Positions 1-6,770 of a stretch of DNA of 32,000 nucleotides are shown piece after piece. Made by a program: the position numbers and the translations under genes. The DNA comes from Pyrolobus fumarii 1A. GTDB taxonomy: Archaea > Thermoproteota > Thermoprotei_A > Sulfolobales > Pyrodictiaceae. Under the pieces are notes generated by a model that saw only the letters and a list, made by a program, of their open reading frames with translations, searched no databases and was not told the DNA's origin. Location: contig NC_015931.1 of the NCBI RefSeq assembly GCF_000223395.1, positions 1,590,001 to 1,622,000 of the forward strand, read 5' to 3'. Numbering within the stretch: position 1 is the stretch's first letter; every line of letters starts with the position of its first letter.

Positions 1-782
1 TCTGGGAGCCTCGGGATGACCTCGTAGAGTATCCTCTTTGCCTTCTCCACGTTCTCAGCCATTATCCTGATAACCTCCTCTGCAGTGACCGGCCTCTCCG
101 CCCACACGTCATAGTCGGTTATCATGGCTAGTGTTGCATAGCATAGTTGCGCCTCGCAGGCGAGGTTGACCTCGGGGACCAGAGTCATCCCGATGATATC
201 TGCCTTGAACACGTCCTTCCATATCCTTGATTCCGCTCTTGTGGAGAATCTTGGACCCTCTATGCACACGTATGTGCCCTTAGGGTGTATACGGTAGCCT
301 AGCCTCTCGCCAGCGGCGATAAGCTCGCGGCGTAGCTGCTCGCAGAACGGGTCAGCCATACTGACGTGCGCAACCACGGGGCCCTCGAAGAAGGTATAGT
401 CGCGCTTCTTTGTCATGTCGATGAACTGGTCTGGGACTACTAAGTCACCGGGTTTGTAGTCCTCGCGGAGGCTCCCCACGGCAGATACAGAGATCACCCA
501 CTTTACGCCAAGTGCCTTCAAAGCCCAGATGTTGGCCCGATAGTTTACCCTATGTGGCGGTATTCTGTGACCGCGGCCATGTCTCGGTAGGAAGGCGACA
601 CGCCTACCCTTGACCTCGCCTACAATGATCGCGTCACTCGGCTCGCCGAAAGGCGTGTACACCTTAACCTCACGCGCATTCTCCACTATACCAGGATCGT
701 AGAGGCCACTCCCACCAATAACACCGATTTCTGCTTGTACCGGGGGCTTAACACCAAGAACCCAACTCAAGAACCACACCAT
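1..782 (-). CDS. mtnP: S-methyl-5'-thioadenosine phosphorylase (MTAP / PNP family); the 3' end runs off the window
   Basis: Absent from the ORF track because there is no stop in the window. My reverse-strand translation reads [127 protein letters not shown]...[55 protein letters not shown]. These are classic MTAP signatures ([28 protein letters not shown]). The ATG at 782-780 lies about 26 nt downstream of a TATA-like element, consistent with a leaderless start. The exact start is uncertain. Confidence 0.9.
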   Translation of the reverse strand, partial: MVWFLSWVLGVKPPVQAEIGVIGGSGLYDPGIVENAREVKVYTPFGEPSDAIIVGEVKGRRVAFLPRHGRGHRIPPHRVNYRANIWALKALGVKWVISVSAVGSLREDYKPGDLVVPDQFIDMTKKRDYTFFEGPVVAHVSMADPFCEQLRRELIAAGERLGYRIHPKGTYVCIEGPRFSTRAESRIWKDVFKADIIGMTLVPEVNLACEAQLCYATLAMITDYDVWAERPVTAEEVIRIMAENVEKAKRILYEVIPRLP

Positions 783-803
783 GTAGGCAATGCGCGACCC
801 AGG

Positions 804-811
804 GTAAAAAC
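804..811 (-). promoter_or_regulatory. TATA-like box (GTTTTTAC on minus strand) for leaderless mtnP; its T5 run could also terminate an upstream minus-strand transcript
   Basis: Plus strand reads gtaaaaac at 804-811. Its centre is ~26 nt upstream of the ATG at 782, the usual archaeal TATA-to-TSS spacing. Confidence 0.45.
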
Positions 812-839
812 GGTCAGATTCTTGCCCCACAACCCAGGC

Positions 840-1110
840 ATACCATCAGCGCTCCCGTTTCAGTACTCCTCGGGCCCTCGCCTATCGCCAGGATGCCACC
901 AGAGCCACCACCGTGCAATAGCGCTGGCCCACCATCCTCTACGCCAGCACCATCCTCTGCCCATTACCCATCCAGGCCTCTGCCACGGCGGAAGGTGCCT
1001 CCATGGCCCGTTACCGGGGCACGGCTGGCCTCTTGCCCACCACGGGCCTCTGCCTCTCCATCCTCCCCACCAGCCTAGCCACCCGGGCATACCTCTCGAC
1101 CCATGAGTTA
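840..1110. other. Compositionally anomalous tract, C-rich on plus / G-rich on minus, with short direct repeats; no credible intact CDS (possible ncRNA or decayed gene)
   Basis: Hand counts give 27 C vs 11 G in 901-960 and 31 C vs 11 G in 1021-1080. Direct repeats: CACCATCCTCT at 930-940 and 948-958; GGCCTCTGCC at 975-984 and 1045-1054. The track ORFs here (735..1106 +, 893..1078 +, 860..1123 -) are P/H-, P/S- or W/G/R-rich, unlike every other protein in the window. Confidence 0.5.
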
Positions 1111-1115
1111 TGAGC

Positions 1116-1157
1116 GTGTGCACACAAACTTATAAACATTTGTGTCTATGCACAAAA
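1116..1157. promoter_or_regulatory. TATA-like element (TTATAAA, 1130-1136) bracketed by palindromes and inverted repeats; candidate operator/promoter
   Basis: GTGTGCACAC (1116-1125) is a perfect 10-bp palindrome. ACACAAA (1122-1128) and TTTGTGT (1139-1145) are inverted repeats flanking the TATA. TTTGTG (1139-1144) and CACAAA (1151-1156) form a second inverted repeat with a 6-nt spacer. Confidence 0.4.
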
Positions 1158-1203
1158 CAGAGGTTTACAAGCTTATCGGGCGCATTGCTTTGCGAGAGCT
1201 TCT

Positions 1204-1211
1204 CTTTATAG
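1204..1211 (+). promoter_or_regulatory. TATA-like box (CTTTATAG) for glyS
   Basis: Centre is ~37 nt upstream of the ATG at 1245, which would give a short leader. Confidence 0.4.
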
Positions 1212-1244
1212 ACGGGGCTTGCACGGGCTGAGGCGGGTAGGCGC

Positions 1245-3011
1245 ATGTCACAGCAAGACCTCTACGAGAAGATAGTAGAGCTTGCTAAGAGGCGTGGCTT
1301 CTTCTGGCCAAGTTACGAGATATATGGCGGAGTTGCAGGCTTCTATGACATGGGTCCTCTTGGTGCTAGACTACGCAAGAAGATCGAGAACCTTTGGCGC
1401 GAATACTTCATACATCGACACCAGGATATAATCGTCGAGATAGAGACGCCGATAATAGCACCCGAGATAGTCTTCAAGGCGAGTGGGCACGTCGAGCACT
1501 TTACAGATCCTATAGTTGAGTGTCTAAAGTGTGGTAGGAAGTACCGTGCCGACCACCTTATTGAGGAGAAGCTTGGTGTCAAGACAGAGGGGCTCAGTCC
1601 ACAAGAACTAACCAAGATAATAAAAGAGCATGACCTTCGATGCCCCGTGTGTGGAGGACAACTGGGGGAGGTTAAGCTCTTCAACCTGCTATTCAAGACT
1701 ACCATAGGCCCCTACTCGGAGAACGTGGGGTATCTACGCCCCGAAGCCGCTCAGGGCATGTTCGTGGCCTTCAAGAGAGTCTATGAGGTGATGAGGCATA
1801 AGCTGCCTCTTGGCATAGCGCAGATTGGTCGTGTTGCGCGCAACGAGATATCGCCTAGGCAGGGTATGATGAGGCTGCGTGAATTCACGATAATGGAGTT
1901 TGAATTCTTCTTCGACCCGGAGAACCCGCATGAGCGCCTCGACGAGTACCTCCCGAGAGTAGCCGATACGAAGCTTCGCATATTGACGGCTGAGGCTCGC
2001 GAGCGCGGCGAAGAGAAGCCCGAGGAGTACACAGTTGAGGAGGTGATAAGGGAGGGCATAATAAAAGTGCCATGGATGGCTTACTGGATGGCTGTTGCTA
2101 GGGACTTTGTACACGCGCTAGGCGTGCCTTACGAGAACATGTTCTTTGAGGAGAAGTTGCCTCACGAGAGGGCGCACTATGCTCAGCAAGTATTCGACCA
2201 GCTTGTGAAGGTGACGAGGTGGGGGTGGGTCGAGGTCAGCGGCCACGCTTATCGCACAGACTACGACCTGTCAAGACACATGAAGTACAGCGGTCATGAC
2301 CTAACAGTCTTCCGTCCATATCCTGAGCCTAGAGTCGTGCGCGTCAAGAAGGTGGTTGTGGACAAGGCGTGGGTGGGAAGGACGTTCCGCAGTGAGGCTC
2401 CAAGGGTCTTCGAGGCTATATCAAGGCTAAGTCCTGAGGAAGTAGAGAAGATGCTGAAGGAGGAGGGAAAGGTTGTCGTGGAAGGGATTGAGATACCAGG
2501 GGACAAGATAAAGGTGATTGAGGTAGAGGAGAAGGTGTCTGGCAGGAGGTTCCTGCCTCACGTTGTAGAGCCGTCATTCGGCTCGGAGAGGCTCCTCTAC
2601 GTTACACTCGAGTATGCCTATACCGAGCGTGAGGGTAGAGTGGTACTCAGGCTGCCGCGGCGCCTTGCACCGATAGAGGTGGCGGTGTTCCCGTTAACCC
2701 GTGACGAGAAGCTCGTCGAGAAGGCGCTTGGCATCAAGAGGATGCTCGTGGACGCAGGCTTCACGGTATACTATGACGATGATGGTAGTATTGGAAGGCG
2801 TTATGCCCGTGCCGACGAGATTGGCGTGCCAGCAGCTGTCACAGTCGATTATAGAACGTTGGAGGACGATACAGTGACGCTACGCGACCGTGATACTTGG
2901 AAGCAAGTAAGGCTACCGGTGTCAAAACTCCTAGACGCTCTTAGACGCTTCATCAATGATAACGTTGAGCTTGAGAAGCTGGGAGAACCTGTTGAGCCCA
3001 GTGGAGGATAG
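1245..3011 (+). CDS. glyS: Glycine--tRNA ligase (archaeal/eukaryotic-type class II GlyRS)
   Basis: 588 aa. The N-terminus LYEKIVELAKRRGFFWPSYEIYGGVAGFYDMGPLG and the segments YLRPEAAQG, GIAQIGRVARNEISPR, FTIMEFEFF, EPSFGSERL and a C-terminal anticodon-binding region (RRYARADEIGVP) are typical of archaeal GlyRS. Confidence 0.95.
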   Translation: MSQQDLYEKIVELAKRRGFFWPSYEIYGGVAGFYDMGPLGARLRKKIENLWREYFIHRHQDIIVEIETPIIAPEIVFKASGHVEHFTDPIVECLKCGRKYRADHLIEEKLGVKTEGLSPQELTKIIKEHDLRCPVCGGQLGEVKLFNLLFKTTIGPYSENVGYLRPEAAQGMFVAFKRVYEVMRHKLPLGIAQIGRVARNEISPRQGMMRLREFTIMEFEFFFDPENPHERLDEYLPRVADTKLRILTAEARERGEEKPEEYTVEEVIREGIIKVPWMAYWMAVARDFVHALGVPYENMFFEEKLPHERAHYAQQVFDQLVKVTRWGWVEVSGHAYRTDYDLSRHMKYSGHDLTVFRPYPEPRVVRVKKVVVDKAWVGRTFRSEAPRVFEAISRLSPEEVEKMLKEEGKVVVEGIEIPGDKIKVIEVEEKVSGRRFLPHVVEPSFGSERLLYVTLEYAYTEREGRVVLRLPRRLAPIEVAVFPLTRDEKLVEKALGIKRMLVDAGFTVYYDDDGSIGRRYARADEIGVPAAVTVDYRTLEDDTVTLRDRDTWKQVRLPVSKLLDALRRFINDNVELEKLGEPVEPSGG

Positions 3012-3060
3012 ACTCTAGACCCTAACCCTTGCCTTAACACCACTGGTGTGGTGGGCCTAG

Positions 3061-3468
3061 ATGGTGGCGGAGCAGGCCCAACCCGGTACGGGTGAGGAGA
3101 AGCCCAAGAAGAAGCGTGACATCCGTACACTGCTCCAGATGATACCGCCGGCTAGTCAGCTCTTCGGGGAGCAGAAGAGGGTGAGCGAGAGAAGGATACG
3201 CATGAAGTTCCATGACGAGCTGAAGGAGGGGATCGCGAAGATCAACCCGCAGCTAGCCCGCGAGCTGGGCATCAAGGACAAAGTCGAGGTTGTAGTTGCG
3301 CACCGACACAGGTTCGTGTTCAACGCTGTCCTTGACGACGAGGTGCCGGTCAACGAGATATGGGTTAACGGTGAGAAGCTACGCGAGGAGGGCGTAGCCG
3401 ACAATAGCATTGTAACTGTTAGGGCTTATCGTGGGGAGACGCTTGGCGGAGCAGCGACGAGTGGTTAA
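3061..3468 (+). CDS. Hypothetical protein: basic N-terminal tail plus small beta-barrel-like C-terminal domain (resembles double-psi barrel / VAT-N or AbrB-like folds)
   Basis: 135 aa with normal composition. The C-terminal pattern GIAKINPQLARELGIKDKVEVVV...NEIWVNGEKLREEGVADNSIVTVRA resembles small barrel domains, but this is a resemblance by eye only. Confidence 0.6.
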   Translation: MVAEQAQPGTGEEKPKKKRDIRTLLQMIPPASQLFGEQKRVSERRIRMKFHDELKEGIAKINPQLARELGIKDKVEVVVAHRHRFVFNAVLDDEVPVNEIWVNGEKLREEGVADNSIVTVRAYRGETLGGAATSG

Positions 3469-3919
3469 GGTCGATGCGGCTGAGTTTTTAGATACGCTCG
3501 AGAACGTGACTCAGAGTCACGTCCGCCTTATTCAGTCTCTTCGCTCTTCACTTGTTCGTGTACGTAGAGACACTACGGATATCGAGATGCAGAGGAGCGT
3601 ACTAGCAGGGTTACGAAGGCTACGCGTGCTACGCAAGAGGATAGCCGATCACCTCGGCGGGTTAAAGGTTGACGCCGAGAGCCTCGACATAGAGCTTGTC
3701 GGGCCCCAGGAACTTATCGAGAACGTGGCTACCCTCTCGGAGTACATGTTGATAGTTGGTATACCGGCCGAGGAGGAGGTGTTGAAGAGGACACTGCTCT
3801 TGGCGAGAAGGGGTGCCGAGCTGCTAAACCAACACGCTGGTGACATACAAGAGGATATCGAGCAGCTAAAGAAGCTGAGCAAACTTCTCGAGATAATAGT
3901 CGAGAAATACTACGAGTAG
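3431..3919 (+). CDS. Hypothetical helical protein; start uncertain (GTG 3431 or GTG ~3461, overlapping the stop of the upstream gene)
   Basis: 162-aa ORF with helical heptad-like composition (LRRLRVLRKRIADHL, IEQLKKLSKLLEIIVEKYYE). It overlaps the 3' end of 3061..3468, suggesting translational coupling. Confidence 0.6.
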   Translation: MGRRLAEQRRVVKVDAAEFLDTLENVTQSHVRLIQSLRSSLVRVRRDTTDIEMQRSVLAGLRRLRVLRKRIADHLGGLKVDAESLDIELVGPQELIENVATLSEYMLIVGIPAEEEVLKRTLLLARRGAELLNQHAGDIQEDIEQLKKLSKLLEIIVEKYYE

Positions 3920-3937
3920 ACCATCCCGACGTGCCAC

Positions 3938-3945
3938 GATAAAAC
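3938..3945 (+). promoter_or_regulatory. TATA-like box (GATAAAAC) for folE
   Basis: About 40 nt upstream of the GTG at 3981. Confidence 0.35.
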
Positions 3946-3980
3946 CTTGTCTTGCATAGTGCGGCTGCGCGGGTGCATAC

Positions 3981-4559
3981 GTGGTGCCGCGTGTTGACAA
4001 AGAGAAGGTCGAGAAGGCTGTTCGAATGCTCCTTGAGGCTATCGGGGAGGATCCGGATCGTGAGGGATTGAGAGAGACGCCGCGTCGTGTAGCCGAGATG
4101 CTCGAGGAGATACTAGGCGGGTATGATACTGTCGAGGATTACGCGTGGTTTACTGAGGAGAGCGACCTGGTGGTGGTTGCCGGCATAAGGTTCTATAGTC
4201 TGTGCGAGCATCACCTGCTGCCGTTCTTCGGTGTAGCTCATGTAGCCTACTTGCCAAAGGGTAAGGTGATAGGCTTGTCAAAGATAGTGCGTATCGTGCA
4301 AAAATATGCGCGTAGGTTGCAGATACAGGAGAGGATGACTCAACAGATAGCTGATGAGGTTATGCATGCAACTGGCTCGGAGGACGTGATGGTGGTTACG
4401 GAGGCTATCCACCTCTGCATGGCTATGCGTGGCGTGAAGACCCCTGCACCAACGATAGTTGCGGCGCTAAGAGGCGAGTTTAGGAGGGACACGTGGCTAA
4501 AGAAAGAAGTGTATGACATGATTGCACCGTTTCGTTTGTCGCGGCTTGTCTCGCTCTGA
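3981..4559 (+). CDS. folE: GTP cyclohydrolase I (FolE, type IA)
   Basis: 192 aa. Contains [69 protein letters not shown] and HLCMAMRGV, the canonical FolE active-site and zinc motifs. Confidence 0.93.
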   Translation: MVPRVDKEKVEKAVRMLLEAIGEDPDREGLRETPRRVAEMLEEILGGYDTVEDYAWFTEESDLVVVAGIRFYSLCEHHLLPFFGVAHVAYLPKGKVIGLSKIVRIVQKYARRLQIQERMTQQIADEVMHATGSEDVMVVTEAIHLCMAMRGVKTPAPTIVAALRGEFRRDTWLKKEVYDMIAPFRLSRLVSL

Positions 4560-4624
4560 GTAAGAACTAGGTTACCGGGTGGTGGACTACGAGCCTAGAG
4601 GTTGTACGTGCGGAGCTACTTCCC

Positions 4625-5446
4625 GTGGAAGAGGTGCCGCTGTACAGCGTGTGCCCAGGCTGTCTGGCGGTAAGGGTCGTCGTACCGGGCGGTGGATTCG
4701 AGTGTGACGCATGCTGGTGGAATGAGTATAGAGACGCTACCAGCCTAGCGGTAAAGGCGCTTACAGACAAGTTGCTCATGGATAAGCTTAGCATAACACG
4801 CGCGGAGATAGTCGTTATCGATGGTCCAGACCCTATCGAGGCAAGGGCTGACGCCATAGCTTCTATCCTTTCATCTCTGGGAGGCTCGCGTATAGTGCGG
4901 GTTGTTAAGACACTTGGGTTGATAGGGCATGATAAGCTCGAGAAGGTAGTCAAGAATGTAGATGCGGTGATTGTCGAGCTTGCAGTTTTTGCTGTCAAGA
5001 GCAAGCCACGCGAGTTTACAAAAGTGTATGAGACGTTAGAGTGGCTCGTTAAGAAGAATGTGCATGTTGAGCTACTCTTCCCCTATGCCGTGCGTGGCGC
5101 CAAGACGATACTCACGGATATCGTGATGCGGTGGAAGGTTCCTACAACAGTACTGGTTGTCGATGAGAATCTATACGATGAGGCTTACAAGACTGTGGAC
5201 AAACTCCGTAGCGAGAATCACCCTGTCTTCCTCCACGAGGATACTAGCTACACACTGCTAGACTACAAGTGCCCATACTGTGGCGAGATCCTAGTGGAGC
5301 GTAGACCGTGGAGAGTTATGAGGAGGTACACGCCACCAAATGAGCCTTCTCGTGTTACATGCCCATCGTGTAAACGTGAAGTGGCTCTGCTCGACTTGGC
5401 GCCGGTTAAAAGGCCGCGTATAAAACGCCGTGTCGTTATATACTAA
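4625..5446 (+). CDS. Hypothetical protein with N- and C-terminal 4-Cys zinc-ribbon motifs flanking an alpha/beta domain
   Basis: 273 aa. It has CPGC-x13-CDAC near the N-terminus and CPYC-x24-CPSC near the C-terminus. It lies 65 nt downstream of folE with no TATA in between, so it is probably co-transcribed. Confidence 0.65.
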   Translation: MEEVPLYSVCPGCLAVRVVVPGGGFECDACWWNEYRDATSLAVKALTDKLLMDKLSITRAEIVVIDGPDPIEARADAIASILSSLGGSRIVRVVKTLGLIGHDKLEKVVKNVDAVIVELAVFAVKSKPREFTKVYETLEWLVKKNVHVELLFPYAVRGAKTILTDIVMRWKVPTTVLVVDENLYDEAYKTVDKLRSENHPVFLHEDTSYTLLDYKCPYCGEILVERRPWRVMRRYTPPNEPSRVTCPSCKREVALLDLAPVKRPRIKRRVVIY

Positions 5447-5966
5447 GTGCGATTTTGCCGTCTCCTAACAGCCCCAGGTGTAACGGGACACTCCTATCGT
5501 AATCATAGATGCCCGTGTACCCTATGTATACCATGTTGCGTGTAGCGCCCCATACGTTCGCAAAGAGCACCGGTACACCACATAAAGCTGATAGGCTCAT
5601 CAACTTGTAGACCAGCCTCCTGGCTTCACGTTGAGCCTCTCCAGGTGGACTCCATAAGCGTGTAGCCACTAGTATGGCATTGGCGTCTGGGCATCTCTCG
5701 GGTGGTGGTAGAGGGTCGCGGCATAGCACATAGACGGCGAGACCTTTCACTGTTATAACAGTGTTGCACGGCGCGTAAGATACTCTCCCTCGGGTATAGA
5801 CTAGGACATAATCGCCTCTCGGTTGTATCACGGCGCTGGAGGCCTCACTTGTTAACGGGCAGTCGCTGACAGGGAGTATATGGAGAGCATCATCCTCAAA
5901 GGACGTGGATGGACATGTAGAGTACTCATGCTGGTGCAGCACCACTAGGGTCATTCTACGCCCCAT
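5436..5966 (-). CDS. Hypothetical protein, weak resemblance to a minimal carbon-nitrogen hydrolase (nitrilase-superfamily) fold
   Basis: 176 aa. GLAVYVLCRDPLPPPE...ANAILVATRLW...LFANVWG resembles the Cys-containing strand and following motifs of C-N hydrolases, but the catalytic Lys region looks degenerate. The functional call is tentative. Confidence 0.5.
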   Translation of the reverse strand: MGRRMTLVVLHQHEYSTCPSTSFEDDALHILPVSDCPLTSEASSAVIQPRGDYVLVYTRGRVSYAPCNTVITVKGLAVYVLCRDPLPPPERCPDANAILVATRLWSPPGEAQREARRLVYKLMSLSALCGVPVLFANVWGATRNMVYIGYTGIYDYDRSVPLHLGLLGDGKIALSI

Positions 5967-5994
5967 GGTCGTGGCGGTGCCAAGGGTATTAGCA

Positions 5995-6053
5995 GTGATG
6001 ACGCGCCTACCGGCTGAGGAACACTTGTGATGAGAGCCGGGATCCCGGGCTGA
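5995..6053 (+). ncRNA. C/D box sRNA (2'-O-methylation guide)
   Basis: Box layout: C box GTGATGA (5995-6001), 12-nt guide CGCGCCTACCGG, D' box CTGA (6014-6017), 9-nt spacer, C' box GTGATGA (6027-6033), 16-nt guide region, D box CTGA (6050-6053). All four boxes are perfect, total length is 59 nt, and the location is intergenic. Confidence 0.8.
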
Positions 6054-6061
6054 GCAGAGGC

Positions 6062-6111
6062 TCAGCTCACGGCCGTTGACATCACCACTCGGATTGACGT
6101 GCAGTCATCAC
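6062..6111 (-). ncRNA. C/D box sRNA (2'-O-methylation guide)
   Basis: Minus-strand layout: C box GTGATGA (6111-6105), 12-nt guide CTGCACGTCAAT, D' CCGA (6092-6089), 3-nt spacer, C' GTGATGT (6085-6079), 13-nt guide CAACGGCCGTGAG, D box CTGA (6065-6062). The 50-nt length and spacing are textbook for archaeal sRNAs. Confidence 0.75.
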
Positions 6112-6755
6112 AGCCGCCCTATACCTCCAGGGGCCGGGGGTTCATAGCGGGTAGCGCACTCATGGTCCTCGTGCCTAAGCTGCGTGGCAAGATAGGGGTG
6201 TACGTCGAGAGGTTGGCTGCGCGCCTGCCACCTTACCCGGACGCTTATACACTAGCTGGGCTCGCGGCCACCTTTGCAGGGTGTGCACTTGTCCTAAGAG
6301 GCAATCTCTGGGTGGGCGTTGCTCTATTCGTGCTCGGCGCGCTGCTGGATGCTCTAGACGGTGCTGTTGCAAGGGCGCATCGTATAGTTTCTAGGAGGGG
6401 AGGCTTCCTAGACTCGCTCTCGGATAGACTCTCGGATGCGGCTATCACATACGGGTATAGCATCTTTGCACCCGCATGGCTCGTATACACGGCTGGTGTG
6501 GCGGCGCTCGTGTACAGCTATGCTAGGGCTAGAGCGGAGGCGGCCATCTGCAAGAAGCTTGAGGGTGTTGGTGTCCTTGAGAGGGGCGAGAGGCTACCCG
6601 TACAACTAGTAATATACCTCGTGTACGGGTTGGTTGGCAACGCGGCTGCGCTGATGCTGCTAGCCGCGTATACGGTTGCGCTGCTAATAGCGCTGGTTGA
6701 CAGATCGCTGAGACTCTACCGAGTCTTGGGCTATCTTGATTCGGGTTCAGAATAA
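6099..6755 (+). CDS. CDP-alcohol phosphatidyltransferase family protein (archaeal phospholipid head-group synthase); true start more likely ATG 6162
   Basis: Contains DALDGAVARAHRIVSRRGGFLDSLSDRLSD, the D-G-x2-A-R-x8-G-x3-D-x3-D signature, and is a multi-pass hydrophobic protein. The track start GTG 6099 lies inside the minus-strand C/D sRNA. The in-frame ATG at 6162 (MVLVPKLRGK...) avoids it and has a CCTATAC element about 40 nt upstream. Confidence 0.85.
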   Translation: MQSSQPPYTSRGRGFIAGSALMVLVPKLRGKIGVYVERLAARLPPYPDAYTLAGLAATFAGCALVLRGNLWVGVALFVLGALLDALDGAVARAHRIVSRRGGFLDSLSDRLSDAAITYGYSIFAPAWLVYTAGVAALVYSYARARAEAAICKKLEGVGVLERGERLPVQLVIYLVYGLVGNAAALMLLAAYTVALLIALVDRSLRLYRVLGYLDSGSE

Positions 6756-6770
6756 CCACTAGCCGGTAGG

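Noticed and set aside
840-1110. The skewed tract as SRP (7S) RNA or RNase P RNA
   Set aside because: The size (~300 nt) fits, and there is a CCCG-GUAA-CGGG hairpin. But I find no helix-8 GGAA/AGCA motif pair and no RNase P CR-I (GAGGAAAGUCC)-like element. The strong G>>C skew on the putative sense strand is also incompatible with an extensively base-paired RNA.
860-1123. 87-aa Trp/Gly/Arg-rich ORF (and the 123-aa Pro/His-rich ORF 735..1106 +) as real proteins
   Set aside because: Their composition follows directly from the nucleotide skew. All six frames are open here simply because stop codons are rare in this sequence. The plus ORF would also overlap the mtnP start in antisense.
2998-3005. 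CCAGTGGA resembling the core of archaeal origin recognition boxes
   Set aside because: It is a single copy inside the glyS coding region, with no inverted partner, no A/T-rich unwinding element and no adjacent cdc6/orc1.
4020-4028. GTTCGAATG resembling a tRNA T-loop
   Set aside because: It lies inside folE, the flanking bases do not form a T-stem (GGCTG vs GCTCC), and there is no acceptor or anticodon structure.
4567-5004. Long antisense ORFs in the track: 4567..5004 -, 1343..1705 -, 7984..8331 +, 10195..10683 -, 12125..12511 -, 18103..18654 -, 22449..22781 -, 24426..24926 +, 31486..31899 +
   Set aside because: All lie opposite strongly supported genes. They are S/T/P/R-rich with low-complexity composition typical of antisense frames in GC-moderate genomes, and none has a recognisable motif.
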